From: Podospora anserina | Taxonomy: Eukaryota | Reading direction: 5' to 3' | NCBI GenBank assembly: GCA_017654855.1 | Contig: CM030332.1 | Location: forward strand, 3,410,001-3,474,000 | Length of the DNA stretch: 64,000 nucleotides | Part shown: positions 50,403-63,014 of the stretch, in pieces | Layout: every line of letters begins with the position of its first letter | Position numbering within the stretch: the first letter of the stretch is position 1 | Translations under genes and position numbers: made by a program | Notes under the pieces: model-generated | The model's input: only the letters and a program-made list of their open reading frames with translations | Database searches by the model: none | What the model was told of the DNA's origin: nothing

Positions 50403-52358
50403 TGTTGCTGTGGTTGTGATGGTGGTGAGAGAAGGTGTGTAAAGTGTTGGACAGGGAGGGGTATGAGGGTGAGGGGTCAACGATGTCAATCGAGGAAGGG
50501 GTGCCTGCGTCACGTTGAAGACATATCCAGGATCGTCACCGGCAGCGAAATGATAGGTACTTATATATATTTCTCGATCAGATAACAAGGTAAAGCCGGC
50601 AGTTGGTTGCTGAATAATACCAAATCTGCCCACCAAATCCACCAAACATGAGGGGGCAATCGAGATTCCCCGCCGGTAACCGTTTGCCCGATTTCCAATC
50701 CAGGAATTCGGGCCCTTGATGGTGTCATCGGCCACGCATGTAGACGGATCGGATCTTTGCTGAGTAAACGCCCGGAGAACGAAGGGAACAAACCACCCAG
50801 GAACTCGGGGAAGGATTTTCATGGAAACATTTCTCAAGCTTCAGACGGCCCGTACCAGCAATCCATGGGCTTGGATATCGGGCAAGTGTCGGTATCACCG
50901 CTGCTGCACCTGGCGAACGTGGTGGGATTAGCCCCGGTTTCGCGGGACGTTTTTGTTCAACGCTGAATAATCCGTGTTTTCAATCAGCAATTGAGTTTCA
51001 GCCGCAACGACTTTTTTGGTGTGTCGCAAAAGATGAAGGGTTGTCCGTGACGTCGAAAGTGTAGAGGGGCAATGATGTCCCGCTTTTACTCCGGGGTAGC
51101 AACCCTAACCCTGGCCGACACCATTCAAGCCTGTTTATTGTTCGAGGTCAATCCCTTTATTGCCAATGGCACCCATTTATATCTTCTGATAAATATTATT
51201 GATTGAACAATTCTCAATTTCATGCTTTCCATCAAGGCCGAAATAGCGCTCCATTGAAGATTCACCGACTGCAACTGGGGTACCTACCGAGTATCCGAAC
51301 CCCCCACTGATTTTCATTGCCCTGTTGCATCGCCTCTGAATAAATATCCGGTCCAATCTTGCCGGGTTTATGCCCCTCTCTCTCTCTTATCGTTCAATTC
51401 CCACGTGTTTTTTCATGTTTTGCTTGTCATCCCAAGTCCTCGTCGATCTTGTTTCCCTTCGCAATGCTTCCTTCCCATCCATGTCTGTGTAGCAATCATG
51501 CAAACAATTCCCCCATCGAAACTCGAAACATGACGCGAGCGTCCCCTTCGTGATTGGTGTGGGGGGCAGTCATCTCGAAACACTCGCCAAAAGCGCTGCG
51601 ACTTGCAAGGAAAAAGTCCGGGGTGTGGTTTGGTGGTGGTGGTGGTGGTGGTGGTGGTGCCGGTGGTGCCAAGCTTTCAGGGGCAGCTCTCAAGCAAACA
51701 TCACAGTCACACTCGGGGGTCGTTTACCGGTGCGATCACGCTTTGCTTTTGGGTGCCCAGCAGCAAAGTGTTGAAACGAAACACGGGGGGGAGCCACCTT
51801 GAACGGGTGTTCGCTTCGGGGACAAGGGTTGATTGATCGTTCAACAGATCCGGGAAAGAAAGAAGCCCAAAAAAAGATCCGAGAGCCTTGGGCCATGAGA
51901 GAAAATGGGTCACGATGCCACCTCGCGTCGTCTGACGCTTGTGAGAAAACAATCCCTGGTGGCCCACGCGGGGGAGGGTGGGACAGGCATGAGAGCTCGA
52001 GAACAATCTACTTGAGATGGGGAACCCCCCTCTCGCCACACACGAAGTCTATTTCGTCGTCTTCTCTCTTTGTTTTTTCGTTTTTTTTTTTTGTGTTTCC
52101 CTCATTCATCGAACAAAACTGCTGGGTAAGTTGTGTTGTGTGCTGAGTGGATCGTTTTGTCTGTTTGTTGCTTGGCTGGTCATAATATTGTCTTGCTGCT
52201 GAGCGGCAATCGAAACAAAAAGACAACCTACGGTAGAGGACCACCAACAACTCAAAAAGTCGGCCGGATTGAGGTTGGACTTTGTTCACCATCATTTATA
52301 CCGTGGTGTCTTTTTATCAACTGTGCGCAACACGTTGGCAGCAAAAACAACAGACAAG

Positions 52359-53475
52359 ATGAGGTGGAGTAACAAGCGCTCTGTCATCGGGGAGTAAGTC
52401 ACCTCACCTCTTACTTCCACCTCACATATCACACACATCATCAACTGACCACCGCCACCATCATCACAGCCTCGAAGGCTGTGAAGTCGTCCGCGTCCTC
52501 GTGGGCGAGGAACAACGCGAATTCACCCTCCACCGCAAGCTCCTCTGCGACAGCTGCACCTTTTTCAGAACCAACATCGAGGCCATCCCCACCCCCTCCC
52601 CTTCCAGCGCCTCCAGTTCAGAACAAGATGAAGAAGACTCAGTCCTATGGCTCCCCTCCGAAGCACCAGACATGTTCGAAATCTTCGTCCTCTGGCTCTA
52701 CCAACGCCGCCGCTTCCACACCTTCATGGACGACGTGATCCGCACCATCTCGCCCGACGAATGCCGCGCCGTCCGCACCAACCTCGTCCGCCTCCACCTC
52801 TTCGCCGCGATAATCGACCTCCCCGGCCTCCAAGACCTAGCCATGGACGCCCTGCAGGACATGTACCTCCGTTTCGACTGGGACATGTCCCCCCGCTTCT
52901 TGGCGTTCATCTACGGCGACTGCGACCCCGAACATGCGGTCAGGCTCAGAAAATGGGGAGTGGCAATGCTAGCCTGGACGCTCCACGGCGCGGAGAAGGC
53001 GTTCCTGTTAAACAACCAGATCGACAAGCTGTTTGCTGCTTTCCCGCAGCTAAAGGCGGATTATCAGCTTCATTTGGAAAAGATGCAGCAGAGCAGGGCG
53101 GACGTGAGGTTGAAGAACCCGCAGTTGCGGCTGCCGGCCAACAAACTGAGGAGCGGGGAGAGGTTTTTTGGGTTTAGGCAGTGCACGTTTCATAGTCACC
53201 GGGCGATGGTGGGGGAGGGGACCTGTCCTCACACGTTGGAGATGCAGAGGAGGCCGGAGGGGAGGCAGTCGGCTACTTGGTTTGGGAGGAGGGAGAGTCA
53301 GTATCATCGGGATGTGGGGAGTCTTGGCCGTGCCGGTGGCGGTGGGGAGGGGAGGAAGGGTGGGGATGAAGGGATGGGGATGGGGAGTGATGAGGAGAGT
53401 GATGATGATGATAATATCATCAGTCCGGTGGGGGATTTGGATTTGAATGAGATGTCTTATTTGGATTTGTCATGA
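52359..53475 (+). CDS. BTB/POZ domain protein
   Basis: Exon 1 MRWSNKRSVIG, intron 52394-52469, VRVLVGEEQREFTLHRKLLCDSCTFF...LPSEAPDMFEIFVLWLY. Confidence 0.87.
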
Positions 53476-53492
53476 GGTGAGTGAGTGAGTGA

Positions 53493-53495
<3 letters not shown>

Positions 53496-53552
<57 letters not shown>
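53496..53552. repeat. (GT)n microsatellite
   Basis: About 28 GT units preceded by (GTGA)n. Confidence 0.95.
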
Positions 53553-53554
<2 letters not shown>

Positions 53555-54844
53555 AATGGGGTGATGATGAACGAGCAAAGGGGAGGGAGCACAGATGAGG
53601 TGTTCAAACGATCGAGGTCGTCTTCGAGGGAACAAAGACGAGGTGGGGATGGGTTGAATACAACAATGATATTGTTCTACAGGGACCGAGGGGATCGTTT
53701 CAGGGTTCTCGCCCTCATTCTCTCTTTTCGGGGCAGCTTGGCAATAATGCGGAACAACAGCACCAGAGTTGGAGCAGACAGAGCGTGCGTGTCCGAAAGA
53801 TTGCATGCACACACACACACACACACACAGACAGGCACGCGCCATACAAGATTCGACAAGTTTGACAATTCCGCCACCTACCAAACCAACCCCCCTCCGG
53901 ACCGATTCGCGAATGTCCGAGCATCGAGATATCATGATCACCAAACACGCCGGCCTGCCTCTTCGCGAAGTCGCGGCTGACAGATAGCTCGTTGGAGCCT
54001 GGTCATGTTCGTGGTGGTATTATTTATAGTGGTGGGCGGCTAGCAGGCAAAGAAAGGGACGGCGATAGAGTTTTGGAAGTTGGGATAGAGAATCTATCTA
54101 CCAATAGAGAGATAGACTACAGCGACTGGCAGGCAGCCTTAGTTACTACCAGACTGTTTGTTGTAATATATAATAACACTAATCAATCAGCATGAAGAAG
54201 TACATATTTAGTACTCATCATCTTTGGCCACCAAGTGTCATTTTCTGCCAGCAGAAGGTGTTCTTTGTGTGTGGGGTTTGTTGCAAGGCTCTTAATGTGA
54301 TCGGCCTTGGTGTGGGCTCTAATCGAGTCTTCTTTATCTATCTGACTATCGATCGACCCTACGGCGGGAAAGTGTCTCGTGTCTTTGCCCACCTCACATA
54401 GATACTGGTTCAATACGGCGCAGAAATGTTCTCCCAACAGCATGATTGTCCATTGAACAATGTAAACTCACAGCCGGAAAAAAAAAGAAGAAAAAAAGAA
54501 AAAGAAAAAGAAAAAGAAAGAAAAAAAGAAAGAAAAAAAGAAAGAAAAAAACCACAGTTGAGAATGCCAATTTCCTCTTTTTTTTTGTTTTTTTTTTTGT
54601 TCAGATTTCTCAGTTTTTCTCACAAATCACATTACATATCACATCACAGGTCAATATCATCAATACTTGTTGTGGTTGGGTTAAAAAAAAATCTATTGTC
54701 AGCTTTTTCTCTATTCACTGATGGACTTATCTTTTTTTTTTTTTTGGGTTTTTTTTTTTTTTTTGTGTTATCTCATGTTAGCAGCAAACATCACCAGTCC
54801 AATGAAATGGGGGGTTTAGAAATATATGTAAGAAAGATACTCAC

Positions 54845-56851
54845 TCACCTTCTATCCCCCAACCCCAAGTCCCTCCAGTTAGCGTCAAACTGATCAGCCT
54901 TAGCCCCGAGCCTGTTATGCATATCATGGTAGTCATCGACAATCCTTTGGACAGTCTTGTTCCACTTGGCCATAAGATCATCGTGCTCTGCAGAGGATCT
55001 ACTCCCCTTGACAGGGCGGGGCACGTTTATGTGAGTAGAAGAATTATTCCACCGACCCATCAGCTCTTTTGTATCGGGAGAGACGACGACCGTGGCGTAG
55101 TCAGGAAAGCGGTTGACGATTTTGGGAGAGGTGGGCACAGTTTCCGCCATGGCAAAGGGGGGACGCCAGCCCGTGGCGTGAGCCGCCGCATGGGTGTGAG
55201 GCTTCGGAACAAGCGAGACCCGTCGAGAGGGAGCAGGCGTTGGTGTGACGACTTCTGCTGTATCACCAGCCTGCTTAGTCACAGGCCAGTCCGACTCGAA
55301 AAAGCCAGGCCCTTGACGCGCTTCGGGAGAGTTGTCCAGCGAGGCGTTCGGGGTGATTTTTTGGTTGTTCTGGACGCTGGTGAACCAGTGCTTGTCGCCC
55401 AGCTTGCGGAGAGATTTCTCGAAGAAGCCGGCCTCGCTGAAGGCGCCGCAGTCGATCATGAGGGAGATCATGTCGTAGTTGTGCGGCTCGCCAGCAAGCG
55501 CGGCATTGTGGGCATCGATGAGGTTCCAGACGACGGTCCAGTAGGAAGCATCGTCGGCTGTTGTGCAGAAGCGGAAGATGGCGAGACAGACGCTTGACCA
55601 GGCGGCGATGGTGGTTGGGTCGAAGGCGCCAGTTGCCTCGCGGAATTCGACTGTATTGTACCCCTTCCAGGCGTTTTCTGTGTCGTAGTGGGTGAAGTTG
55701 TAGTTGAGCCGATTGTAATAATCCTTTTCGTAGCTGAGAAGCTTAGCAACTCTATGCCTGGTGGTCGCACGTAGAATGTAAGCGATGCCCTTCTCCACGG
55801 TCATGTCGGCCTTTTGAATTTTGGCAAGGTCCTCAGGCTCCCTATGGACGCGAATGTTGTAAACATAAGGCCGAATACGGTCCCAGGCAGCGGCTGGAAC
55901 CCGCGCTGGGCGCATGGCTGGAAACATGGTGCTGGAGCTCTCTGACCTGCCATGAAGGGCATGTCGCAGCACGGTGGAGGGTGGTGGCACGGGCACTGTT
56001 GGTGGACGAGGAGGTAAAGTGGGATCGGGAAAGCGAGTGGAAAGTTTGAACTCCTTCCTTCTGTCCCTTCCATACTCCGCATTCGCGTCGACAGGTGTGT
56101 TCTCATCCTCGAGGACCCTGAGGAATTCTTGTCCGTTGGCCAACTGACTCGTGGTTGAAACTGGTTGAGCATACGTGTTGATTTGACGTTCTGGCGGGTG
56201 GGCGCAGTACAAAAAGCGATCGGCAGCCCAAATCAAGGCGCCCGCCCTTTGAAAGGCCTCAAAGCCGAATTTGTCACTCTTCCAGTCCAACTCCCCCGTC
56301 TCGGGATCGATTTGCTCTCTTGCACCGGCACCCACGTGAACGTGGAAGCCTGTTCGGATGTTGACCCGCCAACGGAGAAGGGTGCTCAAGGCAATGACAA
56401 TGTCCTGGACATGGCGATGGGCTGCAGGGCAATCCCACATGGCAGCAGAGACCAGCTCTATGCTAGATGCCTTTTGTCCTTTCGGTTCATAAACGCGGTC
56501 GTCGGTCACACTGACATCTTGATGGGCCGCCCAAGCTGTTGTCGGAGTCATGTAGATATCGGGGTGGAGTTCAGGCCCTGGCGCCTGCATCAATTCCGTA
56601 CCTCTCGAGCTCGACCGCTGAAACTTGGCTCCGGGAACAGTCAGGATGACTTTCTCGAGTTTCTCCTCGATCCATTCAGTAATGTATGCATCCCAAGGTG
56701 CCTCCATGGGCTCAGGCATCAAAGCCTCCTCTTCAGGAGAAACCAGGGTGGCTGTGTTGGGAGGATCCGCGACCCATTGCTTGTGACAGATGATCACTTC
56801 CAGCTCAATGCCGAAAGAGAGTTTGTTGTCTTTGCTGCTGATAAGAGTCAT
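54845..56851 (-). CDS. Putative amidoligase enzyme (COOH-NH2 ligase fold, Amidoligase_2-like)
   Basis: Motifs FGIELE, DVSV, IELVS, GFHVHVG, YNRLNYN, TVEFRE in the expected order; 668-aa uninterrupted ORF. Confidence 0.8.
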   Translation of the reverse strand: MTLISSKDNKLSFGIELEVIICHKQWVADPPNTATLVSPEEEALMPEPMEAPWDAYITEWIEEKLEKVILTVPGAKFQRSSSRGTELMQAPGPELHPDIYMTPTTAWAAHQDVSVTDDRVYEPKGQKASSIELVSAAMWDCPAAHRHVQDIVIALSTLLRWRVNIRTGFHVHVGAGAREQIDPETGELDWKSDKFGFEAFQRAGALIWAADRFLYCAHPPERQINTYAQPVSTTSQLANGQEFLRVLEDENTPVDANAEYGRDRRKEFKLSTRFPDPTLPPRPPTVPVPPPSTVLRHALHGRSESSSTMFPAMRPARVPAAAWDRIRPYVYNIRVHREPEDLAKIQKADMTVEKGIAYILRATTRHRVAKLLSYEKDYYNRLNYNFTHYDTENAWKGYNTVEFREATGAFDPTTIAAWSSVCLAIFRFCTTADDASYWTVVWNLIDAHNAALAGEPHNYDMISLMIDCGAFSEAGFFEKSLRKLGDKHWFTSVQNNQKITPNASLDNSPEARQGPGFFESDWPVTKQAGDTAEVVTPTPAPSRRVSLVPKPHTHAAAHATGWRPPFAMAETVPTSPKIVNRFPDYATVVVSPDTKELMGRWNNSSTHINVPRPVKGSRSSAEHDDLMAKWNKTVQRIVDDYHDMHNRLGAKADQFDANWRDLGLGDRR

Positions 56852-56870
56852 CTTGACGGTGGCCGTGTGG

Positions 56871-56978
56871 TGATGGTGTAGCGTAGTGTTGATGTTGTAG
56901 TGTAGAGTTGATGTTGTAGTGTAGTGTTGGTGTTGTAGTGCAGTGTTGATGTTGCAGTGCAGTGTGAATGTTGTAGTG
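56871..56978. repeat. 19-bp minisatellite (~5.7 copies)
   Basis: Consensus TGATGTTGTAGTGTAGTGT at 56871, 56890, 56909, 56928, 56947 and a partial copy at 56966. Confidence 0.9.
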
Positions 56979-57714
56979 GTGATATTGTAGTGTTTGATGC
57001 GATGGTTTGTGCTGTCACCGGATACAGTGACTGTTGTTTGTCGGATGATATGGATAGAAAAGACTCAAGTCCAACCTGGCGGAAAGTCGGGTGGTTAAAT
57101 AGAGATCTCCAACTGAGCGATGGTGGCAGCAGGTACTTGCATTGTTGGCATCCTCTCAAGAGTGGCGTCCCAAACACAATGCTATTGTCTCAGTCTCTGC
57201 CTGCAGTTGTCCTAAAGGAAGCAGCCCTTTGGGTGAACAAGGAGCAGCCCCGTAGAAGAATGCCATTGTTCGTCTTGTGCACTAGGCAAAGAACGGTAGC
57301 TACCCTCCAAAATCCAACGAAACCAGTTAATTCAGGGCCTCGGGTGAAAAGGTGATACATGAACCAAGCATCAACACGCGATGGCGGTGCATTTATTGAA
57401 GAGACATCATAACTACGTAAACAAAGGAAAAGACTGCAGATGAAGCTTCATAGAAGCTCCGTTGTTGACACTCGGGTCAAGAACATGCTTTTTATATACA
57501 TGAGAGAGACGTCATCCAAGGAAAAGATTTCTCGAGAAGAGTGAAACACTATGCGTGGGTAATGTGTATGGGTATCATCATGTCGTACAGATTCGTTAGG
57601 AAAGTGGCGTTGTGGTCGTTGTCATCGTAGTTGGTCGTCGTTGTCGTCTCATTCATGACCGGTATATCGTTCATCGGAAACTTTCTGGTCTGGCCTTCAT
57701 ACCAGATTGCTGAT

Positions 57715-58420
57715 TCAGAGGAGGGCAAAAGCCAAGGCAGCTCCAAAGACAGTAGCCATCAGGCCAAGTCTCGAGGTTGAGGTGTGGTCCGCCCCGTTTT
57801 CAGCCTCCACTAGGGGAGAGGTCTCTGTAGGCGCAGAGGTGGTCTCTGTTGGGGAGCTGTCGTCACCATCCTCCACGTCGGTGGTAGTGGTGACAATCAC
57901 CACTGGAGGGGCAGATGGCTCCCCTGATGGTGCAGCCGTGGGTGGAGAGCTGATGAATGAAGTCGACGATGCCGAGTCCAAAGAGGCAGAACTGGCATGG
58001 TCGTGATCTTTGGCATCGACAGCACACTCGCACACTGCACATCATGTTAGCACCCAATCAACCCACTCAAACCAAGCTTTCTTTGTGGAGAGAGAGAGAG
58101 AGAGTATCCTTACCAGTCCCAACACCATCAATCACCTTCTCGTATTCTGACGCCTCGCATGCATCAACAACACATGCCTCCACTGATGCGTAAAATGCTG
58201 CTTGCTTCTTGCACTGGCAGACAAAGTCCAAGCCATCGCAGCCGATAGATGGGGCCTGCTCCAGAAAGCAGGTTTTGGCGCAATCGGGAATGGCCACGAG
58301 GGCAACAGAGAGGCAGTCCCCGCTGTCATGTGCCTGGATGCCAACGGTGAGCAGCACCACCAGCGTGAGGTACCAGTGGAGCTGCCTCACCGACAGCACC
58401 GAATACATTTTGATGTTCAT
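57715..58420 (-). CDS. CFEM-domain, probably GPI-anchored cell-surface protein
   Basis: Signal peptide, IPDCAKTC...CDGLDFVCQC...CVVDAC...C eight-Cys pattern, intron 58035-58113, Ser/Thr-rich stalk, hydrophobic C-terminus. Confidence 0.9.
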
Positions 58421-60028
58421 AGTTTGTTGTGAAGAAGACCCAAAGGCCTCTCGGGTTAGGGAGAGAAAAGAGAGGTCAGGAAAGATTGGGCAGCGGGCAA
58501 GCGGTGAGCTTAAGAAGGGAAAACCCAGAGGTGGCAGCTCATGGTGGAGACTCCACTTCGTGATCGACTCACCGGCGGTGGACAGCCGAGTGGTTGGATA
58601 AAAGTGTTTAGGTCGTCAATAAAAGCTCAACGGGGTTAGGCACCTTGCTTTCAGAAAACCGCCTCCGTTGAGACTGTTTCCCAACCATCCCCCAACCACC
58701 TATCCGCTGGACAACGACCGGCTTGGCAGGCTCGCTAATCTGCATTTACAAGGTCTTGAAGCATGGATTGGGTATTTTTGTTTCCTTTTGTTTCTCACCG
58801 CTTGTGCGATCAGGATTCAATCATAAAGATGAAAGTTCTCTTGCTTCGATTCTTGAAGCCAGAACCGCGGCATATCGAAACTGGCGCCTGAGAAGAAGGA
58901 AGAGAAAACAAAAGGGTTGATTGGGACCCCCGCATATGCTGGTGTGGGTCTTGACAACTCACCTGCATTTTTGGGGACCATCGAGGATATCACCATTGGC
59001 CATTTGCCACCCGCCGAGGTAGCCATCGAGGGTCCGGTGATAGTTGAGGGATGAATGAGTGGAAAGAGACTGGTTGAGATCAAGAGGCCATGTTATTAAC
59101 TGGGAAAGCTGGCCTTATGAGCACTCACCCTGATGACGGTGGTGTAAGTGGTGACCCATTCAGATAAGCTATTCGGCCCCTGCATCCGGCCCGGCCGCAG
59201 TGGTGCACTGGTCATGCTGCCGGCTTCGGCTCGGGAGCTGCACTGTGATCAATCAGCATGACGTGAAGATGCGCCGTACTCGGGCGCTGGGCCTCGGGAT
59301 TTGGGGTTGATTTGACACGTTGATATCGTTCACGCCAGTGTTGAACCGCACAAGCTTTCAACATCAACGGTTGTAAGCCGGACACGAAGATTAACTCAAC
59401 GGTGTTTGGCGTGGGCTAGTGATGGAAGTTTTTGTAGATGGGTTTTGAAGATGAGATGTTGCCTGACATCCACACTCATGAGTTTCAAAGTTGAAAGGTT
59501 GAAGGAATTACTCTCTGGTGATAGATATGCACAATCACACTTGCCGAATTGGACTTCACTCCTCATTTCCCCCCGCACTTGGAGCATGACCCATCATCAA
59601 ATCATGTCTACTACTGTGTTGAGTAAGACAATTCTGTTGAGACACAATAAAATACCAAAAAAATAAATAAATAAGTAAATAAATCGAAATACTATTATGA
59701 ACTTTGAGAAAACAGACAACCAAAGTCTCAGCGGTCAAGACATCAATGTGAGGTCAAAGTTGCGTCTTGATGCATGAAGCTGGTAGGTCAACTCTGCCGC
59801 AGCAATAAGCAGACTAAGGCCATGCCAATCAGCAGCACCTATGCATCCATCGACCTACTGGAAGTGGGCAGGTTTGATCGGTGATATCACAGCAGCACAG
59901 TGTCAATACGAGGGTGGGGAGGAGAACAAAGAGCCACTCACCCAACACCCACTTTGTCCTGATTTCTCCAGGACAATACTCGCTCGACCATCACCCCGTC
60001 TTTCACCAGTCAAGTCCCGTGGTTCACA

Positions 60029-61007
60029 ATGGGGTCTGTTGGAACAGGTACGCGAAATAAGGTCTCTGGAGGGGAGGAGGAGGAGACGATCAATGTCTTG
60101 ATCACCGGCTTTGCTGTAAGCTCACCTCATTCACTCCCCCGCACTTCTCTCACTCTCACGATACCTATGCCATGAGTTTCGAACCACACACGACCACCAC
60201 ATCTTCAATCCCACTGACCTTCTCCCCCCTCAGCCCTTCCGCACCAACTTCCCCATCAACCCCTCCTGGGAAATCGCCAAATCCCTCCCCGAGTACCTCC
60301 CACCCCCACCAACCCCCTTCAAAGGCATCCCGGGCCACGTCCCTCCCCCCGGCACCGCCACAGGAACCATCCCCACAAATCCCACCAACCCCCCAATCCC
60401 CCTCCCCAAAGTCCGCCTCCTGGTGCACCCCTCCCCCATCCACGTAGGCTACCGCGCAGTCCGCAACCTCGTCCCCTCCCTCTGGCACCTCGACTCTCCC
60501 TCCACCCCCAAAATCGACCTAGCAGTCCACATCGGCATGGCCGGCCCAAGAGGCTTCTACTCCATCGAGCGCCGGGCCCACAAATCAAACTACACCATGG
60601 GCGACGTAGACAACAACCTCCTCTCCGACCTCGACGACGAATCCGCCCCCCACCCATGGCAAGACCTCCCGGAAGAGCTCCTCTCCGACCTCGACATGGA
60701 AGACGTCTTGCAAAGATGGAGAGACCACTCCCCGCCCTACTCCGACTTGAGAATATCCGAAGATGCCGGGCACTACCTCTGCGATTTCATCTACTACAGC
60801 AGTCTGGCGCATCTGGTCAAGAATAACCCTCACGAAAGGAAGAGGGTCGTCTTCTTGCATGTGCCTAGCGAGGCTAGCCCCGCGTGGGTCAAGGTCGGGA
60901 GGGAGTTGTGTCTCAGTTTGGTGAGGGGGATGGCGGAGAGTGAGGTTGTTAGGAGGGAAAGGGGGTTGAAGGTGGAGGACCACCAGGAAGAAGTGGGGGA
61001 GTTGTAA
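60029..61007 (+). CDS. Pyroglutamyl-peptidase I (peptidase C15)
   Basis: VLITGFA / intron 60116-60233 / PFRTNFPINPSWEIA, VHIGM, IERRAH, SEDAGHYLCDFIYYSSL, FLHVP. Confidence 0.92.
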
Positions 61008-61531
61008 AAAAGGGGGGAAAGGGGAGGGTTGGTTTCATATATGGTTGAATATCTGTGTTTGGTTTGTTTTGACTGGGGTGTGTGTGTTGTTGTTTGACTT
61101 GTGTGTGTGTGTGTGTGTGTGTGTTTGTAACTGCGCTTGGTTGGGTACCTGCATGTTACGGATGAGAGAATGTCTAGGTAAACACAGAGCGAACTGCGTG
61201 TGGATGCAAACCTGGAATGCCGAATTGTTGGGATATCTATGACCAAGGATTGGTCAATAACACTCTCCTGCCACAATTCTCAGACTGACTGGTGTTGCAT
61301 TCTTTTTTTTCTTCTTCCGTCCCCATATCCCGAGTATTACCTGTACTATTCAACTTCTCTTCTCCCATCTAGTAAAATTCAACATCACAGTATCCAACTC
61401 CTCACAAATGCTTATCCTACATATTCACCCCAAGACAAACAACCAAATACCCCCCTTTTTTTGAAAAATCCCAAAAATCCCCCAAAAAAAAAAGAAAAAA
61501 AACTAATATCTCCCCCCAACCCTCAAAGAAA

Positions 61532-62620
61532 TCACCCTTCCCCCCAATCCCTAAACCCAGCCCCCTCCCCATCCCGATCAAGCATATACCCAAACCTCTC
61601 CTTTTCCCGTCTCAACAACCCAGGCAGGTCCTCATTCCCCTCCACCCGTTCATACTCCTCCCCCACCCTATCCCACAAATCTTTTCCCATCCTCACCCGC
61701 TCCACCATCCTCTGCCTATCCCTAAAAACATCCTGATTCATCCCCGCATGCGAAAAACTCTTCATCTTCGTCAACATCTCCTCCATAGTCTCAAAACAAC
61801 TGCTACAATGCCAGGCCGCGTTCTTGAGCCTACCCATCTCCCAGTATTTCCTCCACCACGGCCCATCCCCCACCCTTAGATCATTTGGTAGGAGCGTGTT
61901 GGCTCCTAGGTAGTACGTTGCCTGGGGGTGGGGCCATTCCTCGCCCACGTGGAGGTATTGGAAGCTGTAGTAGTAAAACCTCGAGGAGAGGGTCAACCGG
62001 CGGGGGAAGGAGCACTGCCGAAGCGCGGAGAGGGTGGACGGGCGGGCGATTTCGTCAATATCTGCGATGACTAGGACGTCGTGAAGATTGGGAAAAAAGG
62101 GGCCGGAGAGGGAGGGGAAGACTTGCGTCAACATGGCGTTCCGTTGAAAGTCTTCAATGTTCCAGGTTGATTTTGGGGCAAAGTCCTCCGGGTAGGTTAT
62201 TTCATGGTAGATAATCTTGGACTTGTACCTCGCCATCGAGCTGGAGGGGTTGGCGAGGGCGGTTTTGAGGTGGAGGGGCTTGGGCAGGTTGGTAAAGGTT
62301 CGGGGTGACTCGACGACGACAAAATAGTCGACCTCGTTCCATGTGCTGTTTAGTCTTATCTCCAGCCAGTCGAGCTCGGTGTTGATCATGGTCAAATCGT
62401 AAACTTTTCGGGGAGGGGCCGAGCGGGATAATCGGGAAAAGGGTTTCCAGCCGTGGGGGCGGCATATTGTATCGTTCGTAATGTAGTAGGAGGTGAAGGC
62501 TCGGTAGAGGAAGTGGAGGGTCGTCAGGAAGAAGGCGATTTTGATGATGCGCCATAGACGTGGCCTTCGAAGCGCCATCCTGCTTCGTGGCTTTTTTCCG
62601 TCGTCGGAAGTCACGAGCAT
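61532..62620 (-). CDS. Glycosyltransferase family 17 (GnT-III-like beta-1,4-N-acetylglucosaminyltransferase)
   Basis: Type II TM anchor, RKVYD...ELDWLEIRL...VDYFVVVES..TFT, EDFQRN, IADIDEI, WHCSSCF. Exact start uncertain. Confidence 0.88.
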   Translation of the reverse strand: MLVTSDDGKKPRSRMALRRPRLWRIIKIAFFLTTLHFLYRAFTSYYITNDTICRPHGWKPFSRLSRSAPPRKVYDLTMINTELDWLEIRLNSTWNEVDYFVVVESPRTFTNLPKPLHLKTALANPSSSMARYKSKIIYHEITYPEDFAPKSTWNIEDFQRNAMLTQVFPSLSGPFFPNLHDVLVIADIDEIARPSTLSALRQCSFPRRLTLSSRFYYYSFQYLHVGEEWPHPQATYYLGANTLLPNDLRVGDGPWWRKYWEMGRLKNAAWHCSSCFETMEEMLTKMKSFSHAGMNQDVFRDRQRMVERVRMGKDLWDRVGEEYERVEGNEDLPGLLRREKERFGYMLDRDGEGAGFRDWGEG

Positions 62621-63014
62621 GGTCGGAGTACGCTTCAGTCTGGGAAATCCACGTAATCCTCCCAGCAGTCTCTTGCTGCTCTTGGCTGTTGCTTTGGCTG
62701 GAAACACGATAAGAAATGTTGGCGCAGCATTCTTTGATAATGTGCGTGGCCAGTGCTTGTGGCACCATGTGCCACAGGAACCTTCATTTTTAGCGGCTGG
62801 TACGGAGGGCTCAAATGGAATGCAGCTGTCGGAAAGGGTAAAAAGTAAAGGTCAGAATGTTGTAAACACCAGAAGGCCCGGGAAAACTGTGAATAGCTTC
62901 ACTTACACACAAATCCAGACTGACAAGGGTACCCTTGTTGCACTGCAACTTCACTCCTCGGACTCCACAGTCCGACGGGATGTTTTATTGCCTTGACTCT
63001 AACCCTGTTTGTCG

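Noticed and set aside
51100-51112. AACCCTAACCCT telomere-like / telomerase template-like sequence
   Set aside because: Only two units and no recognisable pseudoknot or three-way-junction context; likely chance.
54476-54770. A-rich and T-rich tracts able to pair
   Set aside because: Low-complexity homopolymer runs typical of intergenic and 3' regions in this genome.
56871-56978. Regular repeat considered as a CRISPR-like array
   Set aside because: Head-to-tail units without spacers in a eukaryotic context; an ordinary minisatellite.
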